64,000 nt of DNA from an uncultured Bacilli bacterium (GTDB lineage: Bacteria > Bacillota_I > Bacilli_A > RF39 > UBA660): positions 218-64,217 of the forward strand of contig CANQAK010000003.1 in assembly GCA_947589495.1 (NCBI GenBank). Direction: 5' to 3'. The position numbers were made by a program, and so were the translations under genes. Positions 17,756 to 27,082 of this stretch are shown here, piece after piece (the stretch's first letter is position 1; each line of letters opens with the position of its first letter). Below the pieces are notes generated by a model. It did not search any database. It saw nothing but the letters and a program-made list of their open reading frames with translations, and had not been told where the DNA came from.

Positions 17756-20150
17756 ATGATGCTATGTAGAATGGATCAGAAGTTGTACCTGCTCCTTCTA
17801 ATTTTACATCATTCGTTAGATAGAAGACTGGACGAACTGCATAAAAATAATTAAAACTTCCACCTCCGACAGTCCCACTCACGAGAACCGCCCATGCATA
17901 GAAAGTATTGCCCGAACTACCTTGACCAAGTCGTGTCATAATCCATTCATCATTAGAATTATTTCCATTATTACTCATATGTATCCAACTAGTTTTACAA
18001 TTTGCATAATCTACTATACAACTTGATGTTGATCCTGTTCCACCTAATGCATATGCATAATCATGTATATACATTAATCCAATTGGTACTAATTCTGTCC
18101 TTTTTGTCCATTTTTGATCTGTGATACTTTTTTTTGTCAAAGGTTCCAAATATTTTGTTGTTGCTTGACCTGTTTCTATCTTATATGCTTGTTCTGCTGT
18201 TATATGCTCACTATCTACTAAATCATTACCTATATCTCCATACAACCATTTTTGTGATTCAATTTTTTCTTTTATTTCACTATTTAAATTATTATAAAAA
18301 GTTGTATTTAATGACGTATATACATAGCTATTTATCCACTCTATATTTGTTGTATAACTACTAAACCATGTAGTTGTATCTCCATATTTCGTTTGTTTTA
18401 TTACTTTTATACTCCCTTCTTCAGTTATTCCTATAATTCTATACATGTTATCATCGTAACCATTAGTTTTTGCACTAGTACATCCATTTGATCCTACTTC
18501 ACTTAAACATATATAATTGTTTACTTTATTACCATTTAATGTATCTGATCCTTGATATCTATACATTCCTCCGACTAATGTCGAGCTTAACGCATTAGTT
18601 GTATCATATTCTCTTAAATAATTTTCTTGCTCTGTTGGTATTACTTTGGTTAATGTGAATGGATCTTCTGTTGTTCCACTCCCATATAATTGGATATCAT
18701 TTTTCAGATAGAAGACTGGGCGTACCACATACTCAGCACTCAAGTAGCTATAGTTGAACCGTCCATCCGAACTCACAAACCACGCACCGAAGTAAGGGTT
18801 CGGGCTACTATACCTACCACGACGCGTCATAGTCCATTCATATTGCTCCTTTCCGGTTGTTGCTCCACCATTATTACTCATGTGTATCCAACTTGTTTTA
18901 CAATCTGCATAATCTTGTATACAACTTGATGTTGATCCTGTTCCACCTAATGCATATGCGTAGTCATGTATATACATTAATCCTATATTGGCTGATACTT
19001 TTTCTGTCCATTTTTGATCTTCGATATAATCTCCACTATCTGGGTCATAATATTTTGTATTTTCTTGCCCTGTCTCTATTTGATATGCTGTATCTGTAGA
19101 TATATTAGAATTTATATACTCATTACTTATATCTCCATACATATATTCCCATTCTTGTATTTTTCCCTGTATTATTGTATCTAAACTATTATAGAAATTT
19201 GTATTTAGTGTTTCAAATATATCTGCATCTAGCCACTCTTTATTATTCTCTATTCCTGAATAACCTGTCCACCACTTCATTGCACTTCCATACCTTGTTT
19301 GTTTTATGACTTTTATATTTCCTTCAGGGGTTACTCCTATAATTCTATACATATCATCTGATCCTGAAGAACATTTTCCTTCTAAACATAAGTAATTATT
19401 AACTTGATCGTTAGTACCTTGATATCTGTACATTCCTCCGACTATTTCTTTACTTAATCCACTATTTTTTTGTGATTTTAAATATGCTGTTACTGGACCA
19501 TCTACATTATTTACACATTTTAGGTTTTCTGTTTTAATTGTTAAATTTAATGCCTTACCTGCTAAATGATTTTGTTCATTTTCTGTATTTTCTATATAAG
19601 CATACGCTTGTATATCTTGTGATGTGTTTCCCTCTATATTAAATGTTACATTACTATATGTTTTTGTTCCAATTGTTGATAGTTCACTTAAATCTAATTC
19701 TTCTTCATTTAAACTTGCTCCACTTAAATGGATAAACATATCTCCTTCTTTTAATGCTGCTCCCATTGAACCATCTGTTACATCTAATTCTAATTTTATA
19801 TCTGCTGTACATTGGTATTTAGCTGTCTCTTTTCCATCTGTTACTGTTAATCGTGCTATAGAATATGTTGCTGCATTTTGTTCTGTTTTATATGATTCTG
19901 TGTCTAAATTGGTTGCATAATACTTTCTTTGATTTGCTAAAGACATATCTGATGCTTTTAGTTTTATATATAACTCTGATACTGGACTTGATAATGTTAC
20001 TAATCCATTATTTCTTGCTTGTACTCTTATGACACTACTATTTCCTAAAGTTGTTACTCCCATTGTAAAGTAAGCATATGTTGCTCCTACTACTAAGACA
20101 AATAAAACTGCTACTGCTATTATTATTTTTACTTTATTTTTCTTATCCAT
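17754..20150 (-). CDS. Secreted modular protein B (family member 2)
   Basis: N-terminus KVKIIIAVAVLFVLVVGATYAYFTM. Same N-domain as A and two modules with the same motif series. Confidence 0.8.
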   Translation of the reverse strand: MDKKNKVKIIIAVAVLFVLVVGATYAYFTMGVTTLGNSSVIRVQARNNGLVTLSSPVSELYIKLKASDMSLANQRKYYATNLDTESYKTEQNAATYSIARLTVTDGKETAKYQCTADIKLELDVTDGSMGAALKEGDMFIHLSGASLNEEELDLSELSTIGTKTYSNVTFNIEGNTSQDIQAYAYIENTENEQNHLAGKALNLTIKTENLKCVNNVDGPVTAYLKSQKNSGLSKEIVGGMYRYQGTNDQVNNYLCLEGKCSSGSDDMYRIIGVTPEGNIKVIKQTRYGSAMKWWTGYSGIENNKEWLDADIFETLNTNFYNSLDTIIQGKIQEWEYMYGDISNEYINSNISTDTAYQIETGQENTKYYDPDSGDYIEDQKWTEKVSANIGLMYIHDYAYALGGTGSTSSCIQDYADCKTSWIHMSNNGGATTGKEQYEWTMTRRGRYSSPNPYFGAWFVSSDGRFNYSYLSAEYVVRPVFYLKNDIQLYGSGTTEDPFTLTKVIPTEQENYLREYDTTNALSSTLVGGMYRYQGSDTLNGNKVNNYICLSEVGSNGCTSAKTNGYDDNMYRIIGITEEGSIKVIKQTKYGDTTTWFSSYTTNIEWINSYVYTSLNTTFYNNLNSEIKEKIESQKWLYGDIGNDLVDSEHITAEQAYKIETGQATTKYLEPLTKKSITDQKWTKRTELVPIGLMYIHDYAYALGGTGSTSSCIVDYANCKTSWIHMSNNGNNSNDEWIMTRLGQGSSGNTFYAWAVLVSGTVGGGSFNYFYAVRPVFYLTNDVKLEGAGTTSDPFYIAS

Positions 20151-20207
20151 AAACGATACTCCTTTTATTAATATGGCTATTATTTAAATCTATTATTCTA
20201 TATATTA

Positions 20208-20236
20208 ATTATATTGGTTATATAGCCAATAGTCAA
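20208..20236 (-). promoter_or_regulatory. Sigma-A-type promoter of gene B with a palindromic operator in the spacer
   Basis: The minus strand reads TTGACT-N17-TATAAT. The spacer holds TTGGCTATATAACCAA, a 16-bp palindrome with one mismatched pair. It lies in the divergent intergenic region shared with the HTH gene. Confidence 0.65.
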
Positions 20237-20281
20237 GTAACAAGTAGATTGTTACAATTGATTTAGGAAAGGTTAAGTAAA

Positions 20282-20548
20282 ATGACTAATATTAATAAAG
20301 TTAAAATAGGTAATGGTTATTATTACTTTAAATTAGATAGTATTCTTAAAGAAAAACATATAAGTATCAACAAGTTAATGAGAGACACTGAAACAGATTT
20401 CAAAGTATTAAAAAGAATGATTACTGGTGATTTAGTAAGAATAGATATTATTGTTTTAGCAAGACTTTGCAATTATTTTAACTGTAAAATTGAAGATATA
20501 ATAGAATATAAAATAGAAGAAAAAGAAAGTAATTTAGTTGTTAATTAA
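20282..20548 (+). CDS. Small XRE/Cro-type HTH regulator (YozG / HTH_26-like)
   Basis: 88 aa with ISINKLMRDTE...LARLCNYFNCKIEDIIEY, the typical HTH_26 C-terminal pattern. Confidence 0.75.
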   Translation: MTNINKVKIGNGYYYFKLDSILKEKHISINKLMRDTETDFKVLKRMITGDLVRIDIIVLARLCNYFNCKIEDIIEYKIEEKESNLVVN

Positions 20549-22651
20549 ATTACTTTCTTTTATTAGTTTACTTATATTTTTATAATTATATTTTTCATAT
20601 TCACTTTTACTTATTATTTCATCAATATTTTTAATATTTCTTTGTTTTAAATAATTTATTAAATCATCTTTAGTTAATTCATCAAAATGAATAATTTCAT
20701 CTACTAAATCATTTAATTCATTAAATTCATCTAATTTTGTAGAGTTATTAAAACCAACTTTTTTATGTTTAATAGAATCAATAGTTATAAAGATAAATGT
20801 ATTATTAAAACATATTTTACTACCTTTATTATCTATAATATAACCTTCTTTTAATATTTCTTTAATTAAATCTTTTACTCTGGGGTGACTTACTTCATAA
20901 TTATCAAATAAAATTATAGTAAAATTATTATTTTTTAATTTACTTAATAAATGTTCATCATTATACCCTATATAACCTTGAGTAGTTCCAATTAATTTAT
21001 TTATATCTATAGAACTTCTAAATTCTTTTAAATCAATTCTAATAAAATTAGCATCTTTAAATGATTCTGCTACCATTTTGGCAATAGTACTTTTGCCGAG
21101 GAAGGATTCTCCTTCCAAACAAACTTTTAAAAATACTTCTTTATTCAATAATTTATTTTTAATTAATTCTTTTATTCTTTTAATATATTTATCTACTCCA
21201 TATAAATTTTTATTAACATTCTTTTCTAAAGTATTTAAAAAATTTAATTTTTCTTTAGTAAGTATTACATTAGTTTTATTTTCTAATACTTTAATAATAT
21301 CACTTTCTTTTACTACATATTTAACACCTTTATTATAATTTTTAATTTTTTTATTAACTAACAACTCTTCACTATAAATACTTAAAGCTTTATCATAATC
21401 ATTTTCTTTAATAGCTTCTTCTTTAACTTTCTTTAATTCATCTAACTTTTTATATAATAATTTTTTCTCTTTATTTTTATTATTATCTGTTTTTACTTTT
21501 GAACAAACTGAATCTAAAAAATCAATTGCTTTATCAGGGTTCTTCTTATTAGTAATAAATTTATCTGTGTAATCTACAATTAAATCAATAATTTTATTAG
21601 GTATCTTTACAAAATGATGCAATTCATATTCATCTTTTACTTTATATAAAATATCTTTAGTTTCTTCTTTATTTGGTTCAGAAACATTTATTACTTCAAA
21701 TCTTCGCATTAAAGCTTTATCATGAGAAAAGTATTTATTATATTCTTCGGTAGTAGTAGCTCCAATACACTTTATTTTACCTCTTGCTAAAGCTGGTTTA
21801 AAAATATCTCCTGCGGTGATAGCTCCTTCTGCTCCTCCAGCACTTACCATAGCGTGAATTTCATCTATAAACAATATAATATTATCATGTTCTTCTAATT
21901 CTTTAATAATTTTAGTTAATTTTTCTTCAAATTCTCCTCGATACTTAGTACCAGAAACTAAAGAACCCATTTCTAAAGAAACTACTTTTGCATTAAATAA
22001 AGTATCTGGTACTTCTTTTCTTTCAATTCTTCTTACTAATTCTTCTACTATAGCAGTTTTACCTACACCAGCATCTCCAATTAAAATGGGATTATTTTTT
22101 TTCTTTCTTAAAAGAGTTTCTATAATTAAAGTTATTTCTTTATCTCTACCTATAACATTTTCATTATAATCAATAATATCATTTAAAATATTACCTGTTT
22201 CAAATATTTCTAATTTTTTATGAGTAAGTTTATTATTTTTATTTAAATTATCATATACTTCATCAATATCTATACCCATACTAACAAGTAATCTTATTGC
22301 TATTCCTTCTCCTTCTTCTAAAATAGATAACACTAAATGTTTTGGAGTAACTAAACCATTATTATTTTCTTTAGCATTTTCAATTGCATTATTTATAACT
22401 CTTTTTAAAAGAGGAGTATATAAATTAATATCACTAGCTTTAGTAGCGTTACCTACTACCATATTCAATTCTTTTTTAAAATTATCATATGTTAAATTAT
22501 ATTCTTTTAAATAATCACGCATACTTTCTGAAACATACATAATTGCTAACAATAAATGTTCTGTTCCCACATAGGGATGATGTAATTCTTTTCTTTCATA
22601 TTCTGCTCTTCTAAAAATATTAGATCCTTCAATTCCAAAATTATTAAACAT
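20534..22651 (-). CDS. ClpC-like AAA+ chaperone with a degenerate second ATPase domain
   Basis: Clp N-domain (YVGTEHLLLAI) and an intact D1 Walker A GDAGVGKTAIVEEL. The D2 Walker A reads GESFLGKST and the D2 Walker B reads LFDNYE. Confidence 0.8.
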   Translation of the reverse strand: MFNNFGIEGSNIFRRAEYERKELHHPYVGTEHLLLAIMYVSESMRDYLKEYNLTYDNFKKELNMVVGNATKASDINLYTPLLKRVINNAIENAKENNNGLVTPKHLVLSILEEGEGIAIRLLVSMGIDIDEVYDNLNKNNKLTHKKLEIFETGNILNDIIDYNENVIGRDKEITLIIETLLRKKKNNPILIGDAGVGKTAIVEELVRRIERKEVPDTLFNAKVVSLEMGSLVSGTKYRGEFEEKLTKIIKELEEHDNIILFIDEIHAMVSAGGAEGAITAGDIFKPALARGKIKCIGATTTEEYNKYFSHDKALMRRFEVINVSEPNKEETKDILYKVKDEYELHHFVKIPNKIIDLIVDYTDKFITNKKNPDKAIDFLDSVCSKVKTDNNKNKEKKLLYKKLDELKKVKEEAIKENDYDKALSIYSEELLVNKKIKNYNKGVKYVVKESDIIKVLENKTNVILTKEKLNFLNTLEKNVNKNLYGVDKYIKRIKELIKNKLLNKEVFLKVCLEGESFLGKSTIAKMVAESFKDANFIRIDLKEFRSSIDINKLIGTTQGYIGYNDEHLLSKLKNNNFTIILFDNYEVSHPRVKDLIKEILKEGYIIDNKGSKICFNNTFIFITIDSIKHKKVGFNNSTKLDEFNELNDLVDEIIHFDELTKDDLINYLKQRNIKNIDEIISKSEYEKYNYKNISKLIKESNLINN

Positions 22652-22731
22652 ATATATTCTCCCTTACAATTCTATGTTTATAATGAAGAATTTAGAAAAT
22701 ATTTATTCAAAATAAAAAGAGATTACTCTCT

Positions 22732-22959
22732 TTAATATGGTCTTGGATAAGTTGGATAATAGTAACTATAACTATAATTACCATAAGGCATATTTGGATT
22801 AAATCCTCCACCAGTTGGAGCAACATTATAAATTGGTCGAGGTCTTGTTAGTCCAACTGCAGCACCTCCAACTAAAGCTCCACCTAAAAATGGTAATAAA
22901 AAGTATCTATCATTGTTATAAAAAGTATTTGGTCTATACATATTAGGGTAATATTTCAT
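22732..22959 (-). CDS. Small Y/P/G-rich protein with a central glycine-zipper hydrophobic segment
   Basis: 75-aa ORF with low-complexity Tyr/Pro/Asn ends around LLPFLGGALVGGAAVGL. Confidence 0.4.
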   Translation of the reverse strand: MKYYPNMYRPNTFYNNDRYFLLPFLGGALVGGAAVGLTRPRPIYNVAPTGGGFNPNMPYGNYSYSYYYPTYPRPY

Positions 22960-23018
22960 AATACCATCCTTTCTTTTATATATTATGAAATAATTACTTT
23001 AACTCCTAATATAAATAC

Positions 23019-23543
23019 CTATTCTTCCTTTTTTCTAATTCTACAAACATCTTTATTTAACATTCTTTTTAAATTATCATAATTACTTTTAAGTAATGAA
23101 AAATCCCCTTTAAATACTAATTGAACAGTGGTATATAATTTACCCATTACTTTGTGAGTTTCACTTTCATAAAATTCTTTTTCTTCTATTTCTAATGAAA
23201 CACTTATATAAGGAGATAAAAATTCTCTTAAAATATATAAACTAATTAAATCATATTTATATTTTCTATTAACACTTATTATTACATCACTAATTAAACC
23301 ATTTTTACTATTTTTTATATTTATAGGTTCATCACATATAGTATAATTTATTTTTTCTTTTTTACAGTCTACATTACGATTAATAAATCTATCTAAAAAC
23401 ATATAAGTATTATCTATAACTTCATCTAAATAATCATCACTAAATGTATTTAATAAATAATTTCTTCTCTCTTCTAAATAATCATCATTGGCACCATAAT
23501 TAATTAAATATTCTTTATAATTATCTTTAGTAATTTTTTTCAA
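23019..23543 (-). CDS. Hypothetical protein
   Basis: 174-aa ORF with no recognisable motif. Confidence 0.45.
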   Translation of the reverse strand: MKKITKDNYKEYLINYGANDDYLEERRNYLLNTFSDDYLDEVIDNTYMFLDRFINRNVDCKKEKINYTICDEPINIKNSKNGLISDVIISVNRKYKYDLISLYILREFLSPYISVSLEIEEKEFYESETHKVMGKLYTTVQLVFKGDFSLLKSNYDNLKRMLNKDVCRIRKKEE

Positions 23544-23584
23544 AAATTTTCACCTCCCGCAAGAAAACCTATTATATCATAAAT

Positions 23585-24109
23585 TTATTTATATAACAAA
23601 AAATTACCTTTATAAATTTCTGTAATATTCTTTATTTTTTCAAAATCTTTGGGTTCAATAAAATGAACTTCTTTAGGAAATTTATATATACCTGATTCTT
23701 CTAAAAGTTTGGCAATTAAATAACTACATACATATTTATTTTTAAAAATAATTGGTAATTTAAAATAACGAAAAATTAAACCAAAATAATCATATTTAAA
23801 TAATTCTTCATGATCTCTTATATAAATAATTTTTTCTTTCAATTTATTATATTGTTCATTAGTAACATTTAATTCATAAATACGACACGAAGTGTCTTTA
23901 AACTTTTTAAAAAATTCACCATATTTATAATCTTCAACAAAACCAGCATCTAAAATAGTATTATATTTTTTTCTTCCTACACTATAAATAACATTACAAC
24001 TTTTATCAAAGGATATAGCAATATGACTATATTTATATCTTGTAAACAATTTTATAAACCGTGATGGAATTGTCTTAGTATGCATTTGAATAATATATAT
24101 TTTTTTCAT
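23585..24109 (-). CDS. Possible permuted papain-like (YiiX/NlpC-P60-like) protein
   Basis: A His-containing motif (YSHIAISF) precedes a Cys motif (YVCSYLIAKLLEESG), as in the permuted C92-type fold. The similarity is weak. Confidence 0.35.
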   Translation of the reverse strand: MKKIYIIQMHTKTIPSRFIKLFTRYKYSHIAISFDKSCNVIYSVGRKKYNTILDAGFVEDYKYGEFFKKFKDTSCRIYELNVTNEQYNKLKEKIIYIRDHEELFKYDYFGLIFRYFKLPIIFKNKYVCSYLIAKLLEESGIYKFPKEVHFIEPKDFEKIKNITEIYKGNFLLYK

Positions 24110-24132
24110 TTAATACCTCATTATAATTAATT

Positions 24133-24984
24133 CTAATTTAAAATTATTGTAATATATTTAACTTTAAAGGAACGATGTCTTATTACTTTTAATTTTATTC
24201 TATTTATTAATCTTGTAATTTGTTTTAAAGTTAATTTTGGATCTATTACTAAAGAAAGTTGTAATTTATAATATGATCCATATTTAATTAAACTTGGAGT
24301 AATACTTAAAATTCCTTTTTCATCTTTTAAAAAATCTATTATTTGTTTTTCTAATGTTTCATTATTTTCTACTTCTCCTAAAAGAGTTAAAGAATTATGA
24401 ATAATTATTGATATTGATGTTTTTAAAATTATTAACCCAATTAATATTGACCCAATTAAATCAGCATATTTAAAAATTGTTATCTCTTTAGATAAATGAA
24501 GTAAAAATATTATAATAACTACTCCAATACTAGAATATAAATCAGTTAAAGATTCTCTAGCAGAAGTAATTAAAATAGCTTCTTGTTCTTTTTTACCAGT
24601 TTGAAAAAGAATTATTATTGCTATTAATTTAAGAAGTATAACAACTAATAAAAGAATTAAAACTGAATAACTTGGAATAATACTTTTTTTATTAAAACTA
24701 GTTATTATTATAAATATTCCTAAAAGAAAAAGAATTACTCCAATAAATAAGTTACTTAAATATTCAATTTTTCCAAAACCAAACGGATGCTCCTTTGTAG
24801 CTCTTTTTTTAGATATATTGGTAGCAATTAAAGAAATAATATCTGTAATAAAATCACTAAAAGTATGCATTCCATCAGAAAAAAGTGAACTTAAATGAAA
24901 AAATATTCCTCCCCATACTTTAATAAGAGCAATTAAAAAATTATTAATCATACTGTATATAAGCACTTTTTTCTTTAATTTCAT
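24133..24984 (-). CDS. Cation diffusion facilitator (CDF) family transporter
   Basis: Six TM segments, the FSDGMHTFSDFITD motif and a C-terminal cytoplasmic domain. Confidence 0.8.
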   Translation of the reverse strand: MKLKKKVLIYSMINNFLIALIKVWGGIFFHLSSLFSDGMHTFSDFITDIISLIATNISKKRATKEHPFGFGKIEYLSNLFIGVILFLLGIFIIITSFNKKSIIPSYSVLILLLVVILLKLIAIIILFQTGKKEQEAILITSARESLTDLYSSIGVVIIIFLLHLSKEITIFKYADLIGSILIGLIILKTSISIIIHNSLTLLGEVENNETLEKQIIDFLKDEKGILSITPSLIKYGSYYKLQLSLVIDPKLTLKQITRLINRIKLKVIRHRSFKVKYITIILN

Positions 24985-25084
24985 TGTTGATCTTCCTTAC
25001 ATATTAATTATACAATACTAAAGTAATAAATAAAAGAAATACTAGTTTTAAACTAGTAATTTCTAAATATATTAACATTATAAT

Positions 25085-25161
25085 TGGTGTTCTTGGAGGG
25101 AGTTGAACCCTCGGCCTTACGCGTCGGAGGCGTACGCTCTATCCAGCTGAGCTACAAGAAC
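25085..25161 (-). tRNA. tRNA-Arg (anticodon CCG), CCA encoded
   Basis: 77-nt cloverleaf folded by hand: acceptor GTTCTTG/CAAGAAC, D arm GCTC-AGCTGGATA-GAGC, anticodon arm TACGC-CTCCGAC-GCGTA, T arm GAGGG-TTCAACT-CCCTC, then ACCA. Confidence 0.9.
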
Positions 25162-25376
25162 ACTTTAATTATAGCACTTCATATAAAAAGTAAGCAAGGT
25201 AGCGGTTCTAGAATTTCTGGTGTGAAGTAAAATTTAGTAAAAATGTAGGTCTAACCTAACAAAAACAGGTATTTTTAATATTAAATTTTTAATACCTGTT
25301 TTTTTCTTGTTTTTTAGTGATTTTTTATGTTTCTTAAAATTGCTATTTTTGGAAAAAATGAAAACCATCTAAATAG

Positions 25377-25577
25377 CTACTTTTGAGAATTTTTATTATC
25401 TAAAATTAAGTATATTATTTCGGTTATTTCCTCATCTATTTTAGAAAGTGCTGTAAGTTCTTCTAATTCTTTTTTATATTCTATTATATTTTCTAAATCT
25501 ACTTCTTTTTTTATCATATTAAATACTATTCTTACTTTTTGTTTACTTTTTCTTAATTTATTTATTATTTCTTCCAC
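25377..25577 (-). CDS. Small hypothetical ORF inside the IS, downstream of the transposase
   Basis: 66-aa helical K/E-rich ORF overlapping the transposase 3' end. Confidence 0.3.
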   Translation of the reverse strand: MEEIINKLRKSKQKVRIVFNMIKKEVDLENIIEYKKELEELTALSKIDEEITEIIYLILDNKNSQK

Positions 25578-26851
25578 TTTTACTTCCTCCTCCTAATTGT
25601 TTATTAAATATGTATAATATCCTTCTTCTAAAAAAGTTAAAATTTTTATATCCAAAGCCATTCCTTTTTATTACTTTTATTTTATTATTTATTCCTTCAG
25701 TAAATCCATTACTATATCTTTTATCTATGAAAGAATTTACTATATATTCTATCCATCTCTCTATTGTTCCTGATGCCTCAACAAATTCTTCTATATAACT
25801 TTTTCTACATAAATCTATCCAATTCCTTATTTGTTCTTCGGCATCTTCATATGTTGCATGATTTATTATATCTAAAAATAATTCTTTTAAATTGTATCCT
25901 CTTTTTAATTCTTCTGATATCTCTAATATATCTCTTAATATATCCACAGGTAACATTTTTACCATATGACCATTTTTATATCTTTCTACTTCTACCCACC
26001 ATTCTATTTCATTTCCATACTTTCTTAACAGATTTACATTCTTTTTGTTTTTTAAAAGTTTATACTCTTTACTTCTTTCATCATAACTTTTTTGTAATCT
26101 TATTCTTATTTTATCTAGTGCATCCATTATATATCTGGTATAATGAAAGCGGTCAACAACATATTTTGCTTTTGGAAACATTACTGTTGTGACTATTAGA
26201 TATGGTTCGTACATATCACTTATGACGAACTCAACGGAATATCTATTTTCGGTATATGTAAAATACTGAATTAGATATTCTTTTTTTCTATTCGGCAATA
26301 TATCTAATACTTTCTTATGTATCGGATCATTTATTATAAATGCATATTTCCCTTCTTTAGTATCTGCTTTAAATTCATCAAATGATATTACTCTTGGTAA
26401 GTTCTTTAAGTGTTCTGGTATTGTACTTGTTGCTTCTTCTAATTCCCTTCTCACAATATATTTTGAAACATGATTCTCGTTTGCTATATAATTTATTGTT
26501 AAATTATAATCCAGTAAATCTTTTCTTATCTCTATCCCTTACTGCATTACTTATACTTCCATTTATACTTGTTAAAGCAAGTTCTTCTGTAAATATTTTA
26601 TTACATTTATAACAATGAAATCTCCTTTTATGTATTATTAAATTTACTTCCTGTCCACAGCTATCTAAATATACACTTCTTATTGGTTTTAATTTCCCAT
26701 GAACACTACTTGTAAAATTATTACATACAGGACACCTTACTTTCTTCTTTCTACTTCTTATTTCAACCTCTATTTTTCCTTTCTCTTCTCTTATTTTCAT
26801 TATTTCATATTCCTTCCTATTTAATCTTAATAAGGTATAATATTCTTTCAA
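25558..26851 (-). pseudogene. ISL3 transposase split into two frames (N-terminal zf/HTH part 26504-26851, DDE part 25558-26454)
   Basis: The N-terminal ORF has CPVCN...CYKC zinc-ribbon motifs. The C-terminal ORF has the ISL3 DDE pattern (ISFDEF..., DMYEPY, VVDRFH). The frame changes near 26455-26520. Confidence 0.7.
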
Positions 26852-27082
26852 TTTTTCACCTTCTTTCTTTAATTATCTCTTAATAAGATTAATCTATATT
26901 GTAATATCTTTTTTATTTTTTACCACTGAAAAAGAGTGAGGTTTTTCTCACTCTTTACTTCACACTAGAAATCCTAGTTTTTTTTCTTATTTTCACACTA
27001 CAAATTCTTGCTTTTCTTTTTTTCGCTTTCAATTTTTATTGCTTTTACTTCACACCAGAAATTCTAGAGCCCAAGTAGCTTA

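Larger units (their letters stand above)
25204..27071 (-). mobile_element. ISL3-family insertion sequence with a disrupted transposase
   Basis: Terminal inverted repeats GGTTCTAGAATTTCTGGTGTGAAGTAAAA (25204-) and its complement ending at 27071 (one mismatch). Three subterminal copies of CACAC(T/C)A(G/C)AAAT near the right end. Carries ISL3-type transposase ORFs. Confidence 0.8.

Noticed and set aside
25610-26612. Plus-strand ORFs inside the IS element (25610-25798, 25764-26192, 26382-26612).
   Set aside because: They are antisense to the ISL3 transposase fragments and are low-complexity.
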